Assembly: GCA_016198945.1 (NCBI GenBank) | Contig: JACQHO010000048.1 | Span: 1 to 24,276, forward strand | Origin: Nitrospirota bacterium | Lineage (GTDB): Bacteria > Nitrospirota > Nitrospiria > JACQBZ01 | Length of the DNA: 24,276 bases | Direction: 5' to 3' | Part shown: positions 16,809 through 24,276 of the stretch, piece after piece | Layout of the letters: each line of letters begins with the position of its first letter | How positions within the stretch are numbered: the first letter of the stretch is position 1 | Made by a program: the position numbers and the translations under genes | Notes under the pieces: generated by a model | The model's input: only the letters and a program-made list of their open reading frames with translations | What the model was told of the DNA's origin: nothing | Databases searched by the model: none

Positions 16809-17597
16809 CTAGCGGTCATCCTCCCCTTTTCTCAACCACATCTCCCAGAGCGGGATCAGGAGCTGTGCCGCGAGGGCCGCCCCCATCAAGGCGCCCCCGA
16901 TGATCACGGTGTAGGCGAAGACCGGCTGGTACTTTGTGAACCACCAGGAGCCGATGTCCATCCAGATCGCAATGAACGGAAGCGCGATGATCGCCAGCCT
17001 CAAATATTGATTGACCTCGCTCAACGCAAAGATCATCCCGGTCAACAGGAAAATGAAACTCATCCCGAACAGATGGATATGGGTCACGCGGGAAAGCGCG
17101 CGGATGGACTGGCCCAGGTCCAGCTCAGCCAGCCGGACGACATCCTCGTAGGTCGTCAAAGGGGCGACGGCATATCCCGAATCCTTGCTGTGACAGGAGA
17201 CGCAGTTCTTCTCAAACAGCGGCCGGATATTCTCATATCCCTCCTCGGTCGCGCCGGCCCGGATCCACTTCACCACCTCGGCCTTTTCGGCCGGATCGAT
17301 CATCTCGGCCATCACGCCGTTGAGCGCGGCCTCCAGACGGGTATTGCCGCGGTTGCCGTAATACTTGACGATCGTCGCCTCGACCAGGCCCAGGCCCATC
17401 TTCCGGTGCGGTTCCACCTCCAGGAGAAACAGGTAAACCAGCGCAAAAAGATAACCCAGCCCGATGGTCAGAAGAAAAAAGCTGAACAGCCACCGAAACG
17501 TCAGCGGCAAACCGCGGAGCGTCAGCCGCCTGCGGTTGACGGTCGATTCGTTGGGATTCATACGTCCGATCTCGGACCGAGCATCTCCGTCCTCCAT
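16809..17597 (-). CDS. Integral membrane c-type cytochrome (4 TM, one CxxCH), function unknown
   Basis: CVSCH at 17190-17204 lies in a soluble loop between TM1 and TM2. THIHLFG lies in TM2. Start is 17597 or 17561. Confidence 0.75.
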   Translation of the reverse strand: MEDGDARSEIGRMNPNESTVNRRRLTLRGLPLTFRWLFSFFLLTIGLGYLFALVYLFLLEVEPHRKMGLGLVEATIVKYYGNRGNTRLEAALNGVMAEMIDPAEKAEVVKWIRAGATEEGYENIRPLFEKNCVSCHSKDSGYAVAPLTTYEDVVRLAELDLGQSIRALSRVTHIHLFGMSFIFLLTGMIFALSEVNQYLRLAIIALPFIAIWMDIGSWWFTKYQPVFAYTVIIGGALMGAALAAQLLIPLWEMWLRKGEDDR

Positions 17598-17600
17598 CGT

Positions 17601-17963
17601 CTACTTGGCCGAATCGTCCTTCTTCTCCTCCGCTTTTTCTTCTTTCATCATCCCCTTGCCCTTCATCATTTCCTGGTGCTGTTTCATCATCTCGTCCATC
17701 TGTTTCATCATCTCGTCCATTTTCTGTTTTGTGGGAGGGTCCTGGGCCATCCCCTTCATGCTCTCCATCATCCCGTGCATCATCCCCATCATCTCGTGCA
17801 TCATCCCGCCCATCATGTCACGTTTCATTCTCTTCTGGTCCCGGTCCATCTTCTTCGTCTGGTCGCCCTTCATCATCCCGTCGCCCCCCATTTGAGCCGA
17901 GGCCGCGGAACCGATCAGAAGGATCGCCGCGAGCAGACAAGCCCCCATCGTTTTGATCTTCAT
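17601..17963 (-). CDS. Exported methionine-rich low-complexity protein
   Basis: Strong SD GGAGG, signal peptide ending ASA-Q, 29 Met in 120 aa, MMH and MDEMMKQ repeats. Confidence 0.8.
   Translation of the reverse strand: MKIKTMGACLLAAILLIGSAASAQMGGDGMMKGDQTKKMDRDQKRMKRDMMGGMMHEMMGMMHGMMESMKGMAQDPPTKQKMDEMMKQMDEMMKQHQEMMKGKGMMKEEKAEEKKDDSAK
17679..17720. repeat. Perfect 21-bp tandem duplication inside the Met-rich gene
   Basis: CTGTTTCATCATCTCGTCCAT twice (17679-17699, 17700-17720), encoding MDEMMKQ twice. Confidence 0.95.
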
Positions 17964-18030
17964 TTTTATCCCCTCCGGTTTGTTTTTGGATCATCCATCT
18001 TAGTCCATCCGTCCCGCGGTTACAAGAGCA

Positions 18031-20730
18031 TTATGACGATACCGTCTCTTTCCGGATAAACCGCTTGCGGAATTCTTCCAGGACCAGCATTCCGGCGGCG
18101 AAGGGAATCATAAAAAGCCAGACCTCCGGCACAATCGGGGCCGTGCCGAAAATCTGATTCCCCCACGGCGTGTAATCAATCAGCAGGATCAAACCGATCT
18201 CGGCCGCGATCCCCCACAGGATGAACGGGTTGCTGAAGAACCCGAAAGAGAATACCGATTCGTGATCACTCCGGCATAAAAAGACGTTCACGACCTGCAT
18301 CACGATGATCGCGGAGAGACAGGCCGTCGTGGCCTGTAAATAAAGGGGATCATTCCAGGCCAGCGCCTGTCCGAATTGCCACCCGCCCCGGTGAAGAACA
18401 AAGAGGAAGGCCGCCATGGCTGCAACGGCCTCCAAGACCCCCAAAAAAAGATACGCCCGAAAGATCAGCGCCCGGTTCCACAGACGCTCCTTGGAAGAAC
18501 GGGGCGGCCTCTTCATCAGCCCGGGCTCGGGCTTCTCCACCCCCAGTGCGAGGGCCGGCAGCATGTCCGTTCCCAAATCCACCGCCAGGATCTGTATGAT
18601 CGTCAGGGCCAATGGCAACTTGACCAGCGCAAAGGCCAGGTACGGCGCCAGCTCGGGAATGTTGGAGGTCAGAATATAGGTGAGAAATTTCCGGATATTG
18701 GAAAAGACGGCGCGGCCTTCTTCAATCGCGCCGACGATGCTGGCGAAGTTGTCGTCCAGAAGGATCATATCGGACGCTTCCCGCGCCACATCCGTTCCCG
18801 TGATTCCCATCGCAATCCCGATATCGGCCCGCTTCAGCGCCGGCGCATCGTTCACCCCGTCTCCCGTGACGGCCACGACTTCCTTCTTGCGTTTCAAGGC
18901 CTCGACGATCCGCATCTTCTGATCCGCGCCGACGCGGGCGAAAATAATCTCAGGAGCATCCAGGGCCAACTGGAGCTGGGCGGGGGAAAGCCGCTGGAGC
19001 TGATCCCCGGTAATGATCGTCGGCAACGCGGATTTGACCAGACCGATCTCGCGTGCGACGGCCAACGCGGTATGGGGATGGTCACCGGTCACCATGATCA
19101 CCTTGATCCCGGCCTCTTCGCATTTCCGAATCGCGCCGGGCACCTCCGGGCGGGGAGGGTCCTCAAGCCCCACGAGCCCGGTCAGGATCATCTCTTCCTC
19201 CAGATGGAGACGGTCATGCCCCTCTGAAACGGGACGGCAGGCAAAGGCCAGAACCCTCAAGCCACCGGTCGCCATCGTCTCCTCGGCGCGTAGGAAGCCG
19301 TCTTTCAAATCCGGGGTGAGGGGTTGAATATCTCCATTCCGCAGAACCCGACGGCAGAGCGGAAGAACCGTTTCCAGCGCGCCTTTTGTATAAAGAACCG
19401 ATCCGGGAGATTTCTTATGAAGAACGGAAAGCCTTTTTCGATCCGAATCGAACGGAACTTCGTCCAACCGAGGATAGTCCTCAAGAACCGGGATCGCCTT
19501 TTTGGCCATCTCGACCAAAGCGACCTCCATGGGATCCCCCGACAGTTCCTCCCTTCCATCTTTTTCGATCTTTTTGAGGTTGTGGCAGAAGAGCGCTGTT
19601 TCAAAAAATTGTCGGTGGGTATCCTGTAGGGGCGCACGGCCGTGCGCCCCTACATCGGAAGGAACATAAAACCGATCATCGAGATAAAGCCTTTTCACCG
19701 CCATACGATTCATTGTGATCGTACCCGTTTTATCGGTACAGATCACCGTGGCCGATCCCAATGTTTCCACGGACGGGAGATGTCGGATCAAGGCGTTTCG
19801 TTTCGCCATTCGTTGAGAGCCCATCGCCAGGGCCAGGGTGACGGTCGGAAGCAGTCCCTCGGGAACATTGGCGACAATGATGCCGATCGCAAAGATGAAG
19901 TTCTGCCAGAACGAGAGTCCGAGGGCCTGCCCGATAAAAAAGAAAGCAACGCCCAGGCCCGTCGCCAGCAGGGCCACCATGCGGCTCAGGCGAATGATCT
20001 CCTTCTGGAGGGGGGATGGGACTTCTCCCTGGGTCTGGGTCAGGTGGGCGATCCTGCCGAACTCGGTATGCATCCCGGTGGCAAAAACCAGGGCCCGGGC
20101 CTGGCCCGAGACAACCGAGGTGCCGGCCAGCAGAATGTTTTTGCTCCGGATCAGTTCTTCTCTATCGCTGGGATGGATCTCCCGGGCCTTCGGCAACGAT
20201 TCGCCGGTGATCGTGGCATTGTTCACACGGACCCCGAAACCCTGGACCAACCGGCAGTCGGCCGGAATCGCATCCCCTTCCGCCAGAAGAATCAGGTCGC
20301 CGGGGACCAACGCCGCCGCCGGGACCTGGATCACCTTGCCGTTTCGGAGCGCCTTGACCTGATGGGGAAGAATCTTTTGAAGGGCCGCAATCGCCTTCTC
20401 GGCCCGATATTCCTGCCAGAACGAGAACAATCCGTTGATCAGGATCACGCCCAGGATCGCAAAGCCCAGCGTCATCATCCCTTTTCCCGGATCATTCCAT
20501 TCGGCTATAAAGGCCAGACCTGCCGCGAGTAAGAGGATCACGGCAAAAAAATGGGTGAAGCCCTTCAAAAAACGGAGGATCAGAGGCTCCGCCCGTATTT
20601 TCTCGACGCGATTCGGACCGAACTCCGTCAACCGCCGGGCCGCCTCCTCCGTCGAAAGGCCTTCGGGACCGCTGTGGAGACTCTGAAGGGCCTCCTCCAC
20701 TGTGAGATGATGAATTTTCATCGCCGTCAC
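18031..20730 (-). CDS. Cation-transporting P-type ATPase, P2C (Na,K-ATPase)-like
   Basis: Motifs [58 protein letters not shown]. Start is GTG 20730 (GTGA overlap with the hydrogenase stop) or ATG 20721. Confidence 0.93.
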   Translation of the reverse strand: MTAMKIHHLTVEEALQSLHSGPEGLSTEEAARRLTEFGPNRVEKIRAEPLILRFLKGFTHFFAVILLLAAGLAFIAEWNDPGKGMMTLGFAILGVILINGLFSFWQEYRAEKAIAALQKILPHQVKALRNGKVIQVPAAALVPGDLILLAEGDAIPADCRLVQGFGVRVNNATITGESLPKAREIHPSDREELIRSKNILLAGTSVVSGQARALVFATGMHTEFGRIAHLTQTQGEVPSPLQKEIIRLSRMVALLATGLGVAFFFIGQALGLSFWQNFIFAIGIIVANVPEGLLPTVTLALAMGSQRMAKRNALIRHLPSVETLGSATVICTDKTGTITMNRMAVKRLYLDDRFYVPSDVGAHGRAPLQDTHRQFFETALFCHNLKKIEKDGREELSGDPMEVALVEMAKKAIPVLEDYPRLDEVPFDSDRKRLSVLHKKSPGSVLYTKGALETVLPLCRRVLRNGDIQPLTPDLKDGFLRAEETMATGGLRVLAFACRPVSEGHDRLHLEEEMILTGLVGLEDPPRPEVPGAIRKCEEAGIKVIMVTGDHPHTALAVAREIGLVKSALPTIITGDQLQRLSPAQLQLALDAPEIIFARVGADQKMRIVEALKRKKEVVAVTGDGVNDAPALKRADIGIAMGITGTDVAREASDMILLDDNFASIVGAIEEGRAVFSNIRKFLTYILTSNIPELAPYLAFALVKLPLALTIIQILAVDLGTDMLPALALGVEKPEPGLMKRPPRSSKERLWNRALIFRAYLFLGVLEAVAAMAAFLFVLHRGGWQFGQALAWNDPLYLQATTACLSAIIVMQVVNVFLCRSDHESVFSFGFFSNPFILWGIAAEIGLILLIDYTPWGNQIFGTAPIVPEVWLFMIPFAAGMLVLEEFRKRFIRKETVSS
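19625..19654. repeat. Perfect 30-bp GTAG-type REP-like palindrome inside the ATPase coding sequence
   Basis: TGTAGGGGCGCACGGCCGTGCGCCCCTACA is its own reverse complement. It is read in frame as [10 protein letters not shown]. Confidence 0.85.
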
Positions 20731-22037
20731 TCAGACTCATAATGCAGTCGCAGAAAATGCGTCGCGCATGAGATGCACGGATCGTAATTGCGTATAGTTT
20801 GCTCGCACCGCAGTCCCAATTCTTCCTTGGACAGGCCGATATTCGACTGCACAAACCGCCGCAGATCGCTTTCGATCATCGCCTGATTCTGCGACGTCGG
20901 CGGAACGATCTTCGCTTCCTGAATGATCCCGTTCTCATCCACCCGGTAACGATGATACAGAATGCCGCGCGGGGCCTCGGTGCAGCCGGCGCCCGTTCCG
21001 GCACGGGGCCGGACCGGAACCGCCGGCGTCTCCGGCATTTCGTAGCCCCCAATGATTCGAAGCGCCTCGTCACAGGCATAGAGGATCTCGACGGATCGAA
21101 CGACGACGCTGCGGAAGGGATTGCGACAGACCGGTGAAAGGCCGGCCGACCGGGCCGCCTCCTGCGCGAGCGGCGAGAGCCGGTCAAAGTTGAGGCTGTA
21201 ACGGGCCATCGGGCCGACCAAATAGCCGCCCTGCCCGTCCGGCAGGCGGGCCCGGTTCTTGAACCGGGAATGCATCGCATGGCTGTGCGGCACCTGTTCC
21301 TCGATGAACTCATTCTCGTAGTCCCGCGTCGAAATCGTCAGACCCCGGTTCGAAACAAGACGGCCTTCGTTAAACGGATATTCGAAGGGATGGCGCAGCG
21401 ATACGAATTCATAGTCCTGTTCGAATTCCGGGAACGGCAGCACGGCGGTCCACCGAACCAATTCAAGAGCGGCGTCCCGCGCCCACTTGAGCCGCTCCGA
21501 AAGCGGGGCGAGCTCGCGTTTTGTCGGAACTTTATAGAACCCGCCGACACGGACATTGATCGGGTGGACTTCCCGCCCGCCGAGAAGCGCGATGATTTCG
21601 TTCCCCGCCTCCTTCAGCCGGAGTCCCCGCTCGACGACCCCGGGATGGTCCTTCGCCATTTTGAAGCCGTCGGGATAGCCCAGAAAGTCCGGGGCGTGAA
21701 GCATGACGACATGAAGCGCATGACTTTCGATCCACTCGCCGCAGTAGATCAGACGGCGAAGCGCGCGGAGCGGACCCCCCACCTCGATGCCGAAGGCGTC
21801 CTCCATCGCATGGACCGCGCTCATCTGGTAGGCGACCGGACAGATGCCGCAGATCCGGGCCGTGATGTCGGGGGCCTCGGAAAAGGACCGCCCCCGCAGC
21901 AGCGCCTCGAAAAAGCGCGGCGGCTCAAAGATCTCCAGCCGGACATCCACGACCGTGCCGCCCTTGATCTTCAGATAGAGCCCGCCCTCGCCCTCGACAC
22001 GGGCGAGGCCGCCCACCTTAATCGTTCCGTTTTTCAT
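20727..22037 (-). CDS. hyhL: Group 3b [NiFe]-hydrogenase large (alpha) subunit
   Basis: Start MKNGT at 22037. Motifs ARVEGEG, L1 [23 protein letters not shown]2 DPCISCATH followed by a 9-aa C-terminal extension. Confidence 0.95.
   Translation of the reverse strand: MKNGTIKVGGLARVEGEGGLYLKIKGGTVVDVRLEIFEPPRFFEALLRGRSFSEAPDITARICGICPVAYQMSAVHAMEDAFGIEVGGPLRALRRLIYCGEWIESHALHVVMLHAPDFLGYPDGFKMAKDHPGVVERGLRLKEAGNEIIALLGGREVHPINVRVGGFYKVPTKRELAPLSERLKWARDAALELVRWTAVLPFPEFEQDYEFVSLRHPFEYPFNEGRLVSNRGLTISTRDYENEFIEEQVPHSHAMHSRFKNRARLPDGQGGYLVGPMARYSLNFDRLSPLAQEAARSAGLSPVCRNPFRSVVVRSVEILYACDEALRIIGGYEMPETPAVPVRPRAGTGAGCTEAPRGILYHRYRVDENGIIQEAKIVPPTSQNQAMIESDLRRFVQSNIGLSKEELGLRCEQTIRNYDPCISCATHFLRLHYESE
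21230..21268. repeat. Two adjacent hairpins inside the hydrogenase large subunit gene, one a REP-like 21-bp element
   Basis: CCTGCC-CGTCC-GGCAGG (21230-21246) followed by CGGG, then CCCGGTTC-TT-GAACCGGG (21251-21268, perfect 8-bp arms). Bases 21231-21251 encode ARLPDGQ. Confidence 0.65.
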
Positions 22038-22806
22038 GCTTTTCACTTTCTTTGCGAAACGCCTCGGCATGGGCGTTGACGCCGCGAAAGACTTGCATGA
22101 TTTCCCGTTCACCCGCGCCGAGACGGCTCCATCCCCGGCTCAACGCGGCCGTGTTCGGCGTCTCCTTCGGGCCGAAGCAGCCGTAACAGCCGCGGTCATA
22201 CGACGGACAGATCGCGCCGCAGCCGGCATGGGTGACGGGGCCGAGGCAGGGCGTGCCGTGCGCCACCATTACACAGACATTTCCTTTGAGTTTGCATTCG
22301 ATGCAGACGCTGTGGGCCGGCACATTCGGCCTGCGTCCGTTCAGCAGGGCGACGATCACTTCAAGCAATTGCCGTTTGTCGATGGGGCAACCGCGGAGTT
22401 CGAAATCCACGGGAACGTGATCCGCGATCGGCGTGGAGGTCTCGAGCGTCTCGATATAGTCCGGACGGGCATAAACGATCGAAACAAATTCCTTGACGTC
22501 CTTGAAATTCCGGAGTGCCTGGATGCCGCCGGCCGTCGCGCATGCGCCGATCGTAATGAGGACCTTTGATGCGCGGCGGACTTGCTGAATACGCTTGAGA
22601 TCCTGCGGCGTCGTAATCGAGCCCTCCACCAACGAAAGATCATACGGACCCTTCACCACCGCGCGAGAGGCCTCGAGAAAATGGGCGATCTCGACCCGTT
22701 CGACCAGGGCCGGCAGCTCGTCCGTGCAATTGAGAAGACTCAACTGGCAGCCGTCGCAGGAGGCGAATTTCCAGACGGCAAGTTTCGGCTTTTGATTTTT
22801 CCTCAT
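22018..22806 (-). CDS. hyhS: Group 3b [NiFe]-hydrogenase small (delta) subunit
   Basis: Motifs [26 protein letters not shown], and distal cysteines [19 protein letters not shown]...CYGCFGP. Confidence 0.94.
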   Translation of the reverse strand: MRKNQKPKLAVWKFASCDGCQLSLLNCTDELPALVERVEIAHFLEASRAVVKGPYDLSLVEGSITTPQDLKRIQQVRRASKVLITIGACATAGGIQALRNFKDVKEFVSIVYARPDYIETLETSTPIADHVPVDFELRGCPIDKRQLLEVIVALLNGRRPNVPAHSVCIECKLKGNVCVMVAHGTPCLGPVTHAGCGAICPSYDRGCYGCFGPKETPNTAALSRGWSRLGAGEREIMQVFRGVNAHAEAFRKESEKHEKRND

Positions 22807-22807
22807 C

Positions 22808-23638
22808 TCAAATCTCGCTGGTTCCGAACCATTCCTTGATCCGATCGTACCGGAGCACCGGCCCGTCCTTGCAGATGAAGGCCGGCCCGAACTGGCAATG
22901 CCCGCAGAAACCGACGGCGCATTTCATGTTTCGCTCCAATGACAGATAGATCCGGCCCTCGGCCAGTCCCTGCGCAAGCAGGTCCCGCACCGCATGCCGC
23001 ATCATGGTCTCCGGACCGCACATCATCACGATGCTTCTATCGGGGTTGATGCGAACCTGCCGGAAAAGATTCGTGACCACGCCGACATTGTATTTCCATT
23101 CACGGTCCGGATGATCCACGGTAAGGTAAACCTCCGTATCCGGATGTTTCTGCCAGGCATGAAAGCGCGCGCGGTAGAGCAGATCCTTCGGGGTCTTGAC
23201 CCCGTGGAAGATCTTGAGATTGCCGTAGCGGTCGCGCCGGTTGGCGACATAATTGATTACCGAGATGACGGGGGCGCAGCCCAGTCCGCCCGTGACGATC
23301 ACGACATCCTTGCCCGCGGCCTCTTCCAACGGCCATGAGCTCCCGTAAGGCCCCCGGAGGCCGACCGTATCGCCTTTTTTCAGGCCGACGAGAGCGGCCG
23401 AGACCTTCCCGACGATGCGGATCGTGTGGTCCAGAACTCCCGATTCGTCCGGGTCCGAAACGATCGAGATCGGAACTTCCCCCGCCCCAAAGACATAGAG
23501 CATGTTGAACTGCCCCGACCGAAACCGATAGGATCGCCGGACCGCTTCATCCCGGAGGCGAAGACGCAACGTATGCACCCGCAGGGCCTCCCGGCGCTTC
23601 CCGATCACCTCCGCCGCATGGGGAATCCACAGGTTCAT
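22808..23638 (-). CDS. hyhG: Group 3b hydrogenase gamma subunit (FAD/NAD(P)-binding, [2Fe-2S])
   Basis: True start MNLW at 23638 (ATGA overlap with the beta stop). Motifs [53 protein letters not shown]. Confidence 0.93.
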   Translation of the reverse strand: MNLWIPHAAEVIGKRREALRVHTLRLRLRDEAVRRSYRFRSGQFNMLYVFGAGEVPISIVSDPDESGVLDHTIRIVGKVSAALVGLKKGDTVGLRGPYGSSWPLEEAAGKDVVIVTGGLGCAPVISVINYVANRRDRYGNLKIFHGVKTPKDLLYRARFHAWQKHPDTEVYLTVDHPDREWKYNVGVVTNLFRQVRINPDRSIVMMCGPETMMRHAVRDLLAQGLAEGRIYLSLERNMKCAVGFCGHCQFGPAFICKDGPVLRYDRIKEWFGTSEI

Positions 23639-24276
23639 TTCTTTGTCTCCCGGATGGCGCGGACCTCTTCGGTGATGTCGATCGCGACGGGACACCACGT
23701 GATGCACCGGCCGCAGCCCACGCAGCCCGATGTCCCGAACTGATCGATCCACGTCGCCAGCTTGTGCGTCATCCATTGGCGGTAGCGCGACTTGACTGAG
23801 GGCCGGACGGTCCCGCCGTGGACATACGAGAAATCCGACGTGAAGCAGGAGTCCCACTTCCGCCAGCGCTCGGCATGCTCTCCGGTCAGGTCCGTCACGT
23901 CCTCCACCGTTGAACAAAAACAAGTCGGACAGACCATGGTGCAGTTTGCGCAGCTCAGACAGCGCGTCGCGACCTCATCCCATCGCGGGTGTTCCAGATT
24001 TTGATACAGCAGGTTTTTGATATCGGTCGTGTCCAGAGTGCGGCCCATTTGAGACGCCGTCGCCGCCACAATGCGCTCGACCGCCGCACGATCCTTCTCG
24101 GTCGCTTCGGTATGCGGCAGGTCGCGAAGCACCTCCGCGCCCCGTTCCGTACCGGCTTCGACCGTGAAGGTGTGCCGGCCGGACTCCAGAACCTCGGTCA
24201 GCGCGAGATCAAATCCGGCCGTCGCCCTGGGTCCTGTTTTCATCGAAACGCAGAAGCAGGTTCCGCCGGCCTGACC
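23635..24276 (-). CDS. hyhB: Group 3b hydrogenase beta subunit, 2x[4Fe-4S] (C-terminal part; runs off the right edge)
   Basis: The frame stays open to 24276 ([12 protein letters not shown]...). Motifs [40 protein letters not shown]. Confidence 0.93.
   Translation of the reverse strand, partial: GQAGGTCFCVSMKTGPRATAGFDLALTEVLESGRHTFTVEAGTERGAEVLRDLPHTEATEKDRAAVERIVAATASQMGRTLDTTDIKNLLYQNLEHPRWDEVATRCLSCANCTMVCPTCFCSTVEDVTDLTGEHAERWRKWDSCFTSDFSYVHGGTVRPSVKSRYRQWMTHKLATWIDQFGTSGCVGCGRCITWCPVAIDITEEVRAIRETKK

Noticed and set aside
17988-18009. TCCATC direct repeat (10-bp period) and GGATCATCC upstream of the Met-rich gene
   Set aside because: Might be a response-regulator site, but the hexamers are too short and no adjacent -10/-35 could be identified.
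15168-18059. Long alternative-frame or antisense ORFs (205, 401, 474 aa)
   Set aside because: They are shadows of pyk and its neighbours, typical of GC-rich coding DNA. No motifs.
22038-22112. Upstream extension of the hydrogenase large subunit ORF
   Set aside because: It lies within the delta subunit gene. The family N-terminus begins at [15 protein letters not shown].
23639-23923. 95-aa upstream extension of the gamma subunit ORF
   Set aside because: It overlaps the beta subunit in another frame. The ATGA-coupled start at 23638 fits the family.
1-24276. Search for CRISPR arrays, tRNA, rRNA, IS ends, integrases and defence genes
   Set aside because: None were recognisable. Intergenic gaps are all under about 180 nt and contain no regularly spaced repeats.

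Overview
Bacterial chromosomal segment, gene-dense, with no transposase, tRNA, rRNA or CRISPR array visible. Left end: a truncated FGGY (glycerol kinase-like) kinase on the minus strand, missed by the ORF track. It is divergent from an MFS transporter - K+/H+ antiporter (CvrA-like) - HrpB run, followed by an M29-like metallopeptidase. Next come a fluoride riboswitch with terminator controlling a CPA2-type antiporter and a USP; a NUDIX - OmpA/MotB-like lipoprotein - DksA/TraR - membrane protein run; and a double-FHA protein coupled to a membrane-anchored helical-repeat Ser/Thr kinase. The right 9.4 kb is one tightly packed minus-strand run: group 3b [NiFe]-hydrogenase (beta partial, gamma, delta, alpha), a Na,K-ATPase-like P-type ATPase, a Met-rich exported protein, a 4-TM membrane c-type cytochrome, pyruvate kinase and a USP. 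The most unusual signals are three. First, short REP-like palindromes lie in frame inside the P-type ATPase (perfect 30-bp GTAG-type palindrome) and the hydrogenase large subunit (apparent 21-bp insert next to a second hairpin), and a third palindromic element sits in a 5' UTR. Second, the membrane protein carries an apparently circularly permuted cytochrome c domain. Third, the hydrogenase, ion pump and pyruvate kinase appear to share an operon. All family assignments come from motif reading; no database searches were run.
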